64,000 nucleotides of DNA from Bdellovibrionota bacterium (GTDB lineage: Bacteria > Bdellovibrionota_C > UBA2361 > CAKMMH01), in NCBI GenBank assembly GCA_050952645.1, contig JBMNLI010000012.1, positions 290,835-354,834 of the forward strand, written 5' to 3'. The position numbers and the translations under genes were made by a program. The notes beneath the pieces were generated by a model. It made no database searches. It saw only the letters and a list, made by a program, of their open reading frames with translations, and was not told the DNA's origin. How positions within the stretch are numbered: the stretch's first letter is position 1; every line of letters starts with the position of its first letter. Positions 10,448 to 22,143 of the stretch are shown here, piece by piece.

Positions 10448-11278
10448 TTAAATTTCTACTTTAAATATTTTACTAGCTACTAAACCACTTAAAATAGAAA
10501 CTATTAAAAATACGTATATCCAATTAAGCTTAATACCAAAATAGCTTTGCTCCGCTTTTGGATACCTTATAGAAATGCTCTCTATTTCCTTAAAATCTTT
10601 ACTTATACTATATTTTGAAGGAAATAGTATCGCCTCAAAAAAACTTTTTGAACACGTAGAAAACTCTGGTCTACCATTATCACTAAGCTTTACTGGAATA
10701 CTTAACGATCCCCCATCTTGCACAAGGTTTAAAGTGATATTTTTGTTTTCTTTCGTGTGAATATTATCAACTTTAAACTTCCAAAAAACTTTCGACTCGT
10801 CTTCTATTCTTAGCGAGGGGCTTACCGTCCCTTTATCACTACTTAAACTATAATCAAATAAGTCGGAAGCTTTATCAAAACTAATCTCTATTATAGCATC
10901 TTCGTTTAATTTTAACCCCCTATTTTGAAAATTAAAATTCATTTGTGCCATAATAAGAAGCGCAGGAATCATTAAAATTAAAAGAGGCACTAGGGCATAC
11001 GTTAAATACCTTACTCCTTGCTTTAAAAGCTCTAATTGTGCGTTTAAACACACTTTTACGCTATGTCTATATAATGCAACCTCTAATATTCTTGCTGCAA
11101 CTTTTCTTTTAGTTTTTTTTAACCCTTTCTGGTTTGAAACTTTTCCATACACTAATAAAAATATTATTCCACTTAAAATAGAAATATAAAGTATTTTTAT
11201 CTCATCACTAAAATTTCTTACAGGATATAAAAAAATATCAAAGATAGCTACTAATATACTATTTAATTTATTTGCCAT
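10448..11278 (-). CDS. Membrane protein in sulfatase cluster
   Basis: 3-4 hydrophobic segments; co-oriented within the cluster. Confidence 0.75.
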   Translation of the reverse strand: MANKLNSILVAIFDIFLYPVRNFSDEIKILYISILSGIIFLLVYGKVSNQKGLKKTKRKVAARILEVALYRHSVKVCLNAQLELLKQGVRYLTYALVPLLILMIPALLIMAQMNFNFQNRGLKLNEDAIIEISFDKASDLFDYSLSSDKGTVSPSLRIEDESKVFWKFKVDNIHTKENKNITLNLVQDGGSLSIPVKLSDNGRPEFSTCSKSFFEAILFPSKYSISKDFKEIESISIRYPKAEQSYFGIKLNWIYVFLIVSILSGLVASKIFKVEI

Positions 11279-11295
11279 AAACTGCCACGTATTAC

Positions 11296-11517
11296 TTAAT
11301 CTAAATATCCAAGCCCTTTTAACTTGCTAGAAATAGCATCTATTTCACTTTGAGATAAATCACTAGCATCTTTAGAACTTTCTGCATTTAAAATCCTATC
11401 GGTTTCAGTTTCTAACACTTTGCAAGCAAACTCACTTACTGAAACTCCCATAGTGTCCGCTACTTTTTTAAGTTTCTCATAAAGCAAATCATCTATTTTT
11501 ATTTTTTTCGCAAACAT
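11296..11517 (-). CDS. Ribbon-helix-helix (CopG-like) protein with C-terminal LKGLGYLD tail
   Basis: KIKIDDLLYEKLKKVADTMGVSVSEFA fits the RHH pattern. The tail resembles the sulfatase-family L..LGY motif. Confidence 0.75.
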   Translation of the reverse strand: MFAKKIKIDDLLYEKLKKVADTMGVSVSEFACKVLETETDRILNAESSKDASDLSQSEIDAISSKLKGLGYLD

Positions 11518-11598
11518 AACTCTAACACTCCTATATAAAATTTTATCTTACTATATCTTACGTTTTTTAACTAATATTTTAAATGGTAAAAAATATAA

Positions 11599-13710
11599 TT
11601 AAAATATATCCTTTCCCTCCATATACTTTGGAGGATTAAGAGCAAATAATTTTAAAATGCTTGGTGCTAAATCTATTATATTTACCTTTTCTTCTTTTAT
11701 TTTTATATTAGAAAAAAGCACTCCTTCAACAATTTCAGGCGATACGTCATGGTCTGCACTCCAAGCTTTCGTATTATCCGAAAAAATCTCCTTTTCTAAT
11801 GCTCCTTGCACTCCACCCCAAGAAACTCTATAAGTGTCCTCAGCTCCTATAATAAGGTCTGGGGCATCATCGACATATAGCCCTTTGTAAATTTTCTTAG
11901 CATCAAATATACGCCTTATTGCACGCTTTCCCGTTTTAGGGTCTAAAAGCAAAATTAAATTTTTACTTATTTCATTTTTTAAATCTTCTAGTTCGCTATC
12001 TTCTACTATACCATTGGTCTCTCTTCCTTTTCTATTTATAAAAATTCCTGCCATACCTACTGCAAACGCTTTGGTTTTTGACCAATCAACATTTAGAAAA
12101 TACTCATCAGTCTCTTTGCTCGGGTCTTTTAATACCATATAGCCATTTTGAACTAGCCAAGTATTTAAATTAAAACCTCGTCTAAATGATGTAAACCCAT
12201 GGTCGGACATTATTATAAGCACATCATCTTTATTTATTTTCTTTAGCGTTTTACCTATAAGCTCATCCATTTTTTCATACATTTCAACTATGGTATTTTC
12301 AAACTTTTCCCTATCTTCACAAGGCGATGGATGGTCTTTTTCTAAATATCTCCAAAACATATGTTGTATTCTATCGCTCGCATCGAATACACAAGCGCAA
12401 AATCCTTCTGGAGTATTTTTTAATGAGTTAAAAAACATCTCTTCTCTTTCTTTGTGGTTTTCGTAAGTTTGTTTTAAAAACGTTTCATCATCGAGCGCTT
12501 TTTCATTTCTTCCCCACGTATCCTCCATAAGCCCTAGTGTGCCATAAAGCCCTTGCAGTTTTGCTAGGTAGCTAGAAAAAACTACTGGGTGCGAAATAGG
12601 AAGCGCAGGTTTCTCGGGGCTTATATTTATAGGTGTTTGATATAGTAAGAAAGGCTTAATACTTCTTAAGCAAAATTTTGATATACCTTGAATAACTCTT
12701 CTACCAGATTTAAAATTGAGCGGAATCCAAGGCGTATATTCACCTACTTCTAAATCGTATTTTTCTTTACCTATAATCAAAGTTCCTTTATTTTTATTTT
12801 TATTTTTACTTTTAACTTTATTACTATCTTTATTATTATTACTGTTATTGTTATCTATAACTACCTTAAAAGGTAGAGTTAAAACTGTACCATTCTTTTT
12901 AAAAGGATCGTTTGGGCCTTGAACGCTTGAAGATACTTCGCCATTATTTTCTATAACTCTTATAAAAGTTCCTCCCGTAGCACGCACTAAAAGCTTCTCA
13001 TCGTCTGTGTAAGCTAAAAATGAGCCTTGAGTTCCTTTTAAGTCGGGAACGCACATAGCAGATAATATATTTCCATCAAACTTCTCTGGCGGATACGAAA
13101 TAGGAACTCTTAGAATATTTGCAAAAATACCTTTCTTGCCAAGAATGGTCCAAAAAGGCTTGCTTTTTCTTAAAAGTTTAACAGTAGCTTTACTCGATTT
13201 TATAAAACCAAATTTCTTAAAAAACCTCGTTTCAGTTTTAGTTGAAGAAAGCTCTGGTAAACAGTATCTTTTATCTCTAGTTAAAAAATCAAAAATATTG
13301 TGAGCCCCAGGATTTACTCCCGTTTGAAACGTCGACCAAGCCACTGGTGAAATCGACGGTATAGTGCTTCCTAGTCGTCTATAATCTCCTTGCTCTTTTA
13401 AATATTTGAAATTTGGAAGTCTCCCCTCTTCTATATATTTTTCTACTAATTTAGGCGATAAACCATCTAAGCCTATTAAAACTACTCTCCTAGTTCTAGC
13501 GTTTTTATCTATACCTTTTCCACTAATCTTTCTTACGATTAACTGTATTGGCCAGAAAGCAAGCGTTAGTATAGCTAAAAATATGGCTATCACGAATACA
13601 AAAGCCGAACCAATAAAAGCAAACCCAGCCCCTGGGCCTACGTAAGCAAATGCATTAGTTGGAGTTAGTAATAGTAAGATTACAAAAAAAATTTTCTTAT
13701 TTAATTTCAT
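11599..13710 (-). CDS. Alkaline-phosphatase-superfamily nucleotide pyrophosphatase/phosphodiesterase
   Basis: AYVGPGAG N-terminal motif plus TM helix; IGLDGL, SPVAWSTFQTG.NPG.H, DRIQHMFW, SDHGF and WSADH motifs. Confidence 0.9.
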   Translation of the reverse strand: MKLNKKIFFVILLLLTPTNAFAYVGPGAGFAFIGSAFVFVIAIFLAILTLAFWPIQLIVRKISGKGIDKNARTRRVVLIGLDGLSPKLVEKYIEEGRLPNFKYLKEQGDYRRLGSTIPSISPVAWSTFQTGVNPGAHNIFDFLTRDKRYCLPELSSTKTETRFFKKFGFIKSSKATVKLLRKSKPFWTILGKKGIFANILRVPISYPPEKFDGNILSAMCVPDLKGTQGSFLAYTDDEKLLVRATGGTFIRVIENNGEVSSSVQGPNDPFKKNGTVLTLPFKVVIDNNNSNNNKDSNKVKSKNKNKNKGTLIIGKEKYDLEVGEYTPWIPLNFKSGRRVIQGISKFCLRSIKPFLLYQTPINISPEKPALPISHPVVFSSYLAKLQGLYGTLGLMEDTWGRNEKALDDETFLKQTYENHKEREEMFFNSLKNTPEGFCACVFDASDRIQHMFWRYLEKDHPSPCEDREKFENTIVEMYEKMDELIGKTLKKINKDDVLIIMSDHGFTSFRRGFNLNTWLVQNGYMVLKDPSKETDEYFLNVDWSKTKAFAVGMAGIFINRKGRETNGIVEDSELEDLKNEISKNLILLLDPKTGKRAIRRIFDAKKIYKGLYVDDAPDLIIGAEDTYRVSWGGVQGALEKEIFSDNTKAWSADHDVSPEIVEGVLFSNIKIKEEKVNIIDLAPSILKLFALNPPKYMEGKDIF

Positions 13711-13736
13711 ATGAAAAAATACTACCTTATTTATAT

Positions 13737-15075
13737 TTAATTTATATATCCTAACGTAGTTAAGTGTTCTTTAGTTTTTTTATCTAGCTTAACGTTCGTA
13801 GTTTCAGTTTTAAAAATAGATTTACTTTTTAAATGTTCTTCCATTTTAGTTCTCATAGTTTTTAGTAAATCTTTATTCACATTTAAATTAGATTTTAACT
13901 CAATAGGGTCGGTTTTCCAATCGAAAAACTCTTCTTTCTCTTTAGTTTTAGGTGTTGCAAAAGTTTTTATATAATGAAAATTTTTATATATAATAGAGTG
14001 GATTTCAGGCTTGCCCGTCCTTTCTCTACTAGCTAAATCTGAAAATAAAAATTTTTCTTTAAATTTCTTATCTGTAATAAACGCTTCGCTTAAGTCGTCC
14101 CCTTCCCAATAATTTCTTTTATCAGATTTTAAAAGCTTTGCTAATGTTGGAAGCACATCGAGATGAGATGCATTAAAATTTATCTCTTTTCCTTTTAGTC
14201 CACGCATATAAAAAAACAGTGGCACTCTTAAAACTTCCCTATTTAATGTTTTGCCGTGTCCTTTTTCTGGATTTCCAAAATCGTTTAACCTTTCAGAAAA
14301 TGCTTCTCCATGGTCGGCAGTGAAAATTATAAGTGTGTCCTTATCCCAACCAAACTCTTTGTATAGTTTTTTTATAGCATCATCTACGTAAGATATCTCG
14401 CTATCATAATTTATAATATCTCTCCTCTCATTTTTTAAAGCATTTCTAGCAAATTTTTCTTGAAAATGGTACGGGCCATGAGGATCCATGTAATGAATGT
14501 ATAAAAAATATTTCTTTGACATTTCCATTCTTTCTTTAAGCGATAAAATTTTTTTATTTACTGCCGTTGCCCCTTTATAGCGACTAGTTATTAACTTATC
14601 GAAACCTTGAGCAAACCCCATCTCTTTTGAAATATTTAAATTGTCTGCAACTCCAAAGGTATCATACTGGGCATCCTTAAAAAGCTCAGTCATCGTTAAA
14701 ACATCTTCAGGAATCCTGTTTAATTTAAATTTGCTTTTATTATCCCTCTTAGAATGTATAAAGCCTATTTTTACCCCATGGTCTTTTTGATAAAGAGAGG
14801 TAAAAAGCGATGCGGTAGCAGGAGCGGTATATGAAGATGTAGAATAGAAATTTTTAAATAATATAGAATTGTCTATAAGCGTGTTTAAAAAAAGGCGTCG
14901 TGTTATATTTATAGCCATAAAAAGGCAGGTGGTCTGCTCTTAACGTATCTACTAAGATAAAGACTACTTTATTAGGTAGCTCTGTTAATTGTTTATTATC
15001 CTTTTTAAATAATAAACAAATAGAAGTGATAAATAATATTATTACTATTAATCCTAAAAAAACTTTTTTCTTCAT
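13737..15075 (-). CDS. Sulfatase-like hydrolase, split by one frameshift near 14888-14893
   Basis: ORF 14854-15075 gives the signal anchor and VDTLRADHL. ORF 13737-14918 gives TAPATASLFTS, HYMDPH, TADHGE and LGYIN. The break lies in an A homopolymer. Confidence 0.88.
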
Positions 15076-15268
15076 AAAATAAAAATCCTTTTAATATTTT
15101 AAAATATTCAAGTTATTTTTTCAAATTATTTATATATAAATGAAACTATAGAAATAGTATTTTATATTTTAAAATTTTATTTTTTCTTATTCTCTTTTAA
15201 ACTATCTACCTTTATCTTTATCTTTATCTTTTTTGTCTTAATTTTTTTAAGCTTTATAATTTTTAGTC

Positions 15269-17221
15269 TTATTCTTTACTAGCTTTATCTTTATTAGATT
15301 TATCTTCTTTAGCTTTATTATTTTCAAGTGCGTTTCTAGTATCATCTTTTATATCATCATTTACATTATTTTTAGTATCATCTTTAGAATTATTTTTTAA
15401 ATCATTTTTTTCGTCGTTAGAAGAAATTTTTTTACCATCTACGATTTCATCTATTTCATCAGCATTAAGAGTTTCTTTTTCTAATACTCTTTTTGCTAGC
15501 TCTTCTAGTGTGTTTTTATTATCTAAAACTATTCTTCTTGTCGTATTATAACACTCATCTATTATTCTTCTAACCTCAGCATCGATTTCTAGTTGTGTAG
15601 TTTCAGAATACTCTCTAGCTTTACCAAACTCTTTTCCTAAAAACACGTGTTCGTCTTTAGATGAATAATTTATAGGTCCTAACTTTTCACTCATTCCCCA
15701 TTGACAAACCATTTTTCTTGCGATATTCGTGGCACTTTCAATATCAGAACTAGCACCAGTGTTAAAATGGTTAAATACTATTTCTTCGGCAGCTCGTCCT
15801 CCCATTAGCACTACAATCTTATCTACTAAATAATCTTTAGAATAAGTATGCCTATCCGACTCAGGAAGCTGCTGCGTAACTCCTAGAGCCATACCACGGG
15901 GCACTATGGTTAATTTATGCACAGGATCTGCATTTTTTAGCTTTTTAGCCACTAGTGTATGCCCAGCTTCATGGTAAGCGGTAGTTTCTTTTTCTTCATC
16001 CGTAAGTATCAAAGAGCGTCTTTCAGCACCCATTAAAACTTTGTCTTTAGCAAATTCAAAATCTGAATTTTCTACCTTTTCTTTATTTTGTCTAGCCGCA
16101 TAAAGCGCTGCTTCATTTACTAAAATCTCTAAATCTGCACCTGAAAATCCAGGAGTGCCCCTAGCTATAATTTCTAAGTCTACATTATCTGCTAGAGGAG
16201 TTTTTCTAGTATGAACTTTTAATATCCCATGGCGTCCGTTAATATCTGGTCTAGGCACTACTACTTGTCTATCAAATCGTCCTGGGCGAAGAAGCGCAGG
16301 GTCTAGCACGTCTGGTCTATTAGTAGCAGCAATCAAGATTACCCCTTCATTACTTTCAAAGCCGTCCATTTCAACTAAAAGTTGATTTAGAGTTTGCTCT
16401 CTCTCATCGTGTCCCCCACCCATACCTGCTCCACGATGGCGACCTACGGCATCTATTTCATCTATAAAAATTATGCAAGGAGCATTCTTTTTTCCTTGAA
16501 TAAATAAATCCCTTACCCTTGAAGCTCCAACACCTACGAACATTTCAACGAAATCTGAGCCTGAAATACTAAAAAAAGGAACGCCAGCCTCTCCTGCTAT
16601 GGCTCTAGCTAAAAGCGTCTTTCCAGTCCCAGGGGAACCTACTAAAAGCACTCCCTTTGGAATTCTACCTCCTAATTTTGAAAATCTTTTTGGTTCTTTT
16701 AAAAATTCTATTATTTCTTCAAGCTCTGCTCTAGCTTCATCTATTCCAGCAACGTCTTCAAACGTAACTTTATTTTGATTTTCATTTAAAAGCTTTGCCT
16801 TAGATTTTCCAAAACTCATTCCTTTTCCAGAGTTCATTGAAACTTGGCGCATAAAAAATACCCATATAGCTATGATTATTACTAAAGGAAGCAAGTTTAT
16901 TAAAACTAAATAATACCAAGGCTCTTCTTTTTCTTCCTTAACCTCTATCTCAACACCTTTTTTATTTAATTTATTTATAAGCTTTGGATCGTCTGGGGCG
17001 ATAGTTGAAAACTGTTCAATAGTATCGAAATATGAGCCAGTTATTTTAGAACCAGATATTTTTACAGATTTTATATTGCCAGATTCTAATTTTTGATAAA
17101 AATTGTGAATAAGAAATTTCAGAACTCTTTTTTATGTCAGGATTCATCGGCACCATATAGAGAAAAAATCATTATCGGCAAGGAAAACCCAAAATATTAA
17201 ATTCTTTACTGTTTGGTTCAC
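15269..17221 (-). CDS. ftsH: ATP-dependent zinc metalloprotease FtsH (N-terminus frameshifted around 17050-17180)
   Basis: [26 protein letters not shown] at 17221 with AGGAG RBS gives [11 protein letters not shown]. Confidence 0.96.
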
Positions 17222-17370
17222 GGAAAAAACTCCTAATAAAAATAAAAAAACACTAGTAAATATAATAAACTTAACTCTAGTTAAGAGCAATAAGCTAATA
17301 AAACTATTTACCTTAAATTCTCGTAAAAAATAAAAAAAACATTCAAAATAATAAAAAATAAGTTATACGA

Positions 17371-17820
17371 TTAGAATTTTCCAGATGAACCAAACCCACC
17401 GTGTCCTCTTTCAGTTTCTCCGAGTGCCTCTAGGGAATCTTCTTCCTTAGCCGAAACTAAACAAGGAACTACTATGGCTTGAGCAATTTTTTCACCTTTT
17501 AATAGAGTTTGTGGTTCCCTCGCTTTCATTTGAAAGAACTATTTTTAGCTCTCCTCTATAACTAGCATCGATAACGCCAGCATGGGTATATATGCGTCCT
17601 TTTAGAAGCCATGCTAGACCTATCTTTAATAATCATTACGTAGCCTAGCGGTATAGCAAAATGTAGTCCCGTGCTGACTAATGCTTGCGTCTTAGGTGCA
17701 ATAGTTATCTCGTTAAATGCTCTTATATCAAAACCTGCATCACCTAAATTGAGGTATAACTAAGTCTATTCCACTTTCTTTTGCTTCTTTAGTTAAGAAA
17801 AATTTTAATTCTGCATTCAT
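17371..17820 (-). CDS. dut: dUTP diphosphatase with several frameshifts (absent from ORF track)
   Basis: Minus-strand fragments GDAGFDI, STGLHFAIPLGY, KDRSS, AGVIDASYRGE, KIAQ and ETERGHGGFGSSG* cover the five dUTPase motifs. Confidence 0.92.
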
Positions 17821-17831
17821 AATATCTCTCG

Positions 17832-17893
17832 CTTATAATATCTAGCTTATAATATTCTAGATTATAATATCTAGATTATAATATCTAGATTAT
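17832..17893. repeat. 14-bp tandem repeat (a/c)ttataatatctag, about 4.5 copies
   Basis: Units start at 17832, 17846 (15 bp), 17861 and 17875, then a partial unit. Confidence 0.9.
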
Positions 17894-18091
17894 ATAACAG
17901 TTATCGTTAACTAAATTCTTCACGTTTTAAGGTGTTTTTAAATCCTAAAAAATTAGCATCATCCACCCACAGAAGCCCAAAAGAAAATTGACTTTAAATG
18001 AATTTGCATAAAATAAATTACTTTTAATATAGCTGTAATTTTTTTTTGAAACTATAGCTAGTTTTATATAAAAGTCAATTTTCTTTTAAGC

Positions 18092-19989
18092 GTGTGCCGG
18101 GCACGACATAGTTCTAGCGGGTGAAAGTCCCGTCACGGGTAGTTGTCACCAAGTGTAGTGATGCCACAAGCTCGAAGCAGTAATGTTAGAGTGAAGGAAG
18201 TGGCGGATCAAAACCAAGGAGCCTACGAACAGAAACCAGATACAAGGCTAAATGGTGGGTGAGGTTGCGCTACAAACCGAAGCCCTAAAGACAAACGTAA
18301 AACCAAACGAGTAAATCTGGAGGTTGTCTGGTGAAAGAACTATGCCTTACCCCGGGAGGTCCAGATAAGCGTGCTATGCACGTGCGATATAAAGCTTATA
18401 TCTGGAAGTCAGTTGATACCATAGTACTTGAGACACCACTCAAGGAAGGGTTGAACGTTAATATATTGTGAATCACTGTAAGCAAGGCTAGAAGAGTCCG
18501 AAATTGAAGATATGCCTAACAAACAGGAACGTAACCTGTGGGGGCAGAAGATAGAGGGGGTGTTTTCTAGTAGCTTTACAAACAGAGGGAGGAGCAACAG
18601 GTGGAATTGATTGAACTGATTATATCAGACAAAAATATAGATGAGGCTATAAAGGCTGTTAAGCGAAATAAAGGTGCATCTGGTGTAGATGATATGCCAG
18701 TAGATGAGCTTGAAGACTATTTTGCCGTTCACAGAGAAGAGATAAAATCTCAGATACGTGAAGGGAATTATAAGCCGAGTCCAGTTAAGAGAGTGTATAT
18801 ACCTAAAGCTAATGGTAAGATGAGACCTTTAGGAATACCTACAGTAGTAGATAGGGTAATTCAACAAGCGGTAGCGCAAATACTAGCACGCGGATACGAA
18901 AAAGTATTTTAGTAATAGTAGCTATGGCTTTAGACCTAGAAGGAATTGCCATCTAGCAGTATATAGAACTCTTGAGTACTTGAAAAGAGGCTATGATTGG
19001 GTTATAGACCTAGACATAGAGAAATATTTTGATACTGTTAATCACGACAAAATTAATTTTCGATAATCAGGGAACGCATCAAAGATGCGAAGACACTACG
19101 ATTGATAAGACAGTTCTTAAGAGCTGGTATAATGGAAGATGGATTGTTTACTGTAAGTGAGAAAGGAGTTCCGCAAGGAGGTCCATTATCCCCAGTATTA
19201 TCTAACATATACCTTGATAAGCTCGACAAGGAACTGGAAGCAAGAGGACTTAAGTTTGTTAGATATGCCGATGACTGTAATATATTTGTTAGAAGTGAAA
19301 AGGCTGCTAATAGAGTAATGAAGTCCGTTGCGAGTTGGTTGGAGCGTAAGCTACGACTTAAAATTAATTCAAGTAAGAGTAAAATCTCTAGGCCGACGGA
19401 AAGCACTTTCTTAGGCTTTACCTACTGGAAGAGTGGGTATAAAACTTGGAAATGTAAACCTGCTGAAGATCGCAAACGAAAACTCTATGATAAAACTAGA
19501 GAAATTCTTTGTAGACGGAAGGCAATGGCACGAACGTTAGGTTCGACATTTCAACAGCTAAGCTGGTTAATTAAAGGTTGGATAAACTATTATAAGATAG
19601 GAACTCTTAAGACTTTTATAGATAAATATGGTCAATGGCTTAGACACAAAGTGAGGGTTATAATACTTAAACAGTGGAAATTGCCGAGACGAATCTATCT
19701 AAATCTTAAGAAATTGAACCGAATGCTTGGTTGCAATTTTAGAAATGAAGAAATCTATAAGGTTGCTAACAGCAGACTCGGCTGGTATAGACGCAGTTCG
19801 TGGTACGTAGTGAATTATGCATTAAGCCCTAAAATATTGGGGCGTAAAACAAAGGAACGAATTGGTTTAATCGACCCTTTGACGTATTACCTGAGTATTA
19901 CTTGATATTATATTAATGGAGCGCCGTATACGAGACCCGTACGTACGGTGCGACGGGAGGGAGAGGGTATAGCCCTCGCTCTACCCTAT
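18092..19989 (+). mobile_element. Group IIC intron
   Basis: 5' end GTGTG at 18092. Short domain V with CGC triad (gagcgccgtatacgagacccgtacgtacggtgcg). Domain VI ends ...ccctAT at 19989. Boundaries are confirmed by the empty site in MITE copy 2 (aagc|taac at 9449/9450). Confidence 0.95.
18601..19905 (+). CDS. ltrA: Group II intron reverse transcriptase/maturase without endonuclease domain; three 1-bp homopolymer insertions
   Basis: NKGASGVD, RPLGIPTVVDRVIQQA, YGFRP, DLDIEKYFD, GVPQGGPLSP, YADD and GWINYY. Extra bases near 18910 and 19049-19060 sum to +3. Confidence 0.95.
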
Positions 19990-20062
19990 TAACTCCCAAA
20001 AATAATTTTTCTAACCCACCTAAAACGTAAAGAACCTTTAACTATACTATTTAACTATATCA

Positions 20063-22143
20063 TTAAAGCAAAGCTTTTCTAGAGAGCCTTATTTTACCGA
20101 ATCTATCGACCTCTAAAACTTTCACTTCAATCTCATCGCCAATTTGCATCTCGTCTTCTACTCGCCTAATTTTCCTATTAGCGATCTCTGAAATATGTAA
20201 AAGCCCATCGGTGCCAGGTAGAATTTCAACGAACGCCCCAAAGTCTGCTATTCTTTTCACTATACCTTTGTATACTTTACCAACCTCGGCTTCAGCTACA
20301 ATGCTTTCTACTACCGTTAGGGCTGAATTTATATCATCTTGATTAACTGCCGTAATTGCTACTATGCTATCATCTGAAATATCTATCTTAACATTATAAG
20401 ACTCTTGAATAGACCTAATGGTTTTTCCGCCTTGCCCTATAATATCTCTTATCTTATCAGGATTAATTTTTAGCGTTACTATTTTAGGAGCGTAGCTACT
20501 AATCTCATCTTTAGGTTTACTTATAACCTCGTTCATTTTAGAAAGGATAAACATTCTTCCTTCGTAAGCTTGTGCTAAGGCTTTTTCTAGAATTTCTTTA
20601 TCTAGTCCTTTTATTTTAATATCCATTTGAAGTGCAGTTACGCCTTTAGCAGTTCCGCAAACTTTAAAGTCCATATCTCCTAAGTGATCCTCATCGCCGA
20701 GAATATCCGTTAGAACTACGAAATCATCACCTCTTTTCATTAGTCCCATTGCTACGCCTGCTGCTGGTGCTGTGATAGGAACGCCTGCGTCCATTAACGC
20801 TAAACTAGAACCGCACACGGTCGCCATGGAACTAGAACCGTTGCTTTCAGTGATTTCTGAAACTATTCTTATTACGTAAGGAAACTCTTCTTCAGGTGGC
20901 AAAATAGCGCTTACAGCACGTTCTGCTAGAGCACCGTGCCCAATTTCACGTCTCCCTGGGCCCCTTACAGGCTTAGTTTCACCTACTGAAAACGGTGGAA
21001 AATTATAGTGTAAAATAAATTTCTTTTTTGCATCATCTTCCATTAAATTATCGATTCTTTGTGCTTCGCTTTCAGCTCCTAAAGTGGTCGTAACTATAGC
21101 TTGAGTTTCCCCACGAGTAAAAAGTGAAGAACCGTGCGTTCTAGGTAGAACTCCAATCTCTATAGAGATAGGTCTTACCTCGTTAAATGCACGTCCATCT
21201 ATTCTTTTTCCTTTATCGAAAGCAAACCCTCTAACGATTTGATAATTTAAATCTTCAAATATTCTATCTATTTGAACTTTAATGTCGCTTGCGTTTTCAT
21301 CATCTTCTTTAACGAACTCTTCTACTAGTTTTTCTTTCGCTAATTTTACGGCTTTTGCTCTTTCTAATTTTTCTTTTACTTGAACTGCGTTTTTAATATC
21401 TTCAGAAATAAATTTTTTTACATCGTCAAACAATTTTTCATCGTATCTAGTATGCTCAAAAACTATTTTTTCTTTTCCTGCTTGTTTAATTAAATCTTCT
21501 TGAAGCTCGATAAGTATTTTTAATTCATTATGAGCATATATAAGTGCATCTAGCACCTCACTTTCAGGCACTTCTTTAGATTCTCCTTCTACCATTACTA
21601 TTGCATCTTTAGAACCAGCAACGATATAATTTAAATCTGCATTTTCTCTTTCAGTTGGACTTGGATTTAATCTTTAGTTTGCCGTCTATCCTACATACTC
21701 TAACTGCTGCAATTGGTCCATCAAAGGGTATCTCTGAGATTGATAAAGCTGCTGATGCACCGCACAAAGCTAGAACGTCTGTATCGTGTTCGCCCGTCTG
21801 CGCTCATAACGGTCGCAATAACTTGCACTTCTCTATTAAATCCATCTGGGAAAAGCGGTCTACAAGGTCTATCTATAAGTCTTGAAGTTAGCGTTTCAGC
21901 ATCGCTAAGTTTTCCTTCTCTTTTAAGAAATCCTCCAGGAATTTTTCCTGCTGCATAAGTTTTTTCTACATAATCTATGGTAAGAGGAAAAAAATCTCCC
22001 TCTTTTTCTTCTCCTAGACAAGCCGTAACGAGCACCACTGAGTCGTAATATCTTACGAGCACTGCTCCTGCTGCTTGTTTAGCTATTCTTCCTGTCTCTA
22101 TACTAAAATTACCACCATGAAAGTCTTTCTGTACTATAAACAT
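20063..22143 (-). CDS. pnp: Polyribonucleotide nucleotidyltransferase (frameshifts near 21667 and 21794)
   Basis: [37 protein letters not shown] and GDMDFKV motifs; KH and S1 domains; downstream of rpsO. Confidence 0.97.

Larger units (their letters stand above)
17914..20036. mobile_element. MITE family copy 3 (long form) interrupted by a group II intron
   Basis: 17914-18091 joined to 19990-20036 aligns end to end with copy 2. Flanks gttaacta (17906-17913) and tttaacta (20037-20044) match 7/8 as a TSD. Confidence 0.92.

Noticed and set aside
18601..19905. Retron, DGR or defence-associated RT
   Set aside because: The RT lies within clear group II intron boundaries with domains V and VI, has YADD and a maturase region, and no template/variable repeat pair was seen.
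15269..22143. ftsH, dut and pnp as true pseudogenes or programmed frameshifts
   Set aside because: The indels are scattered, mostly in homopolymers, with motifs intact; consensus error is the simpler explanation.
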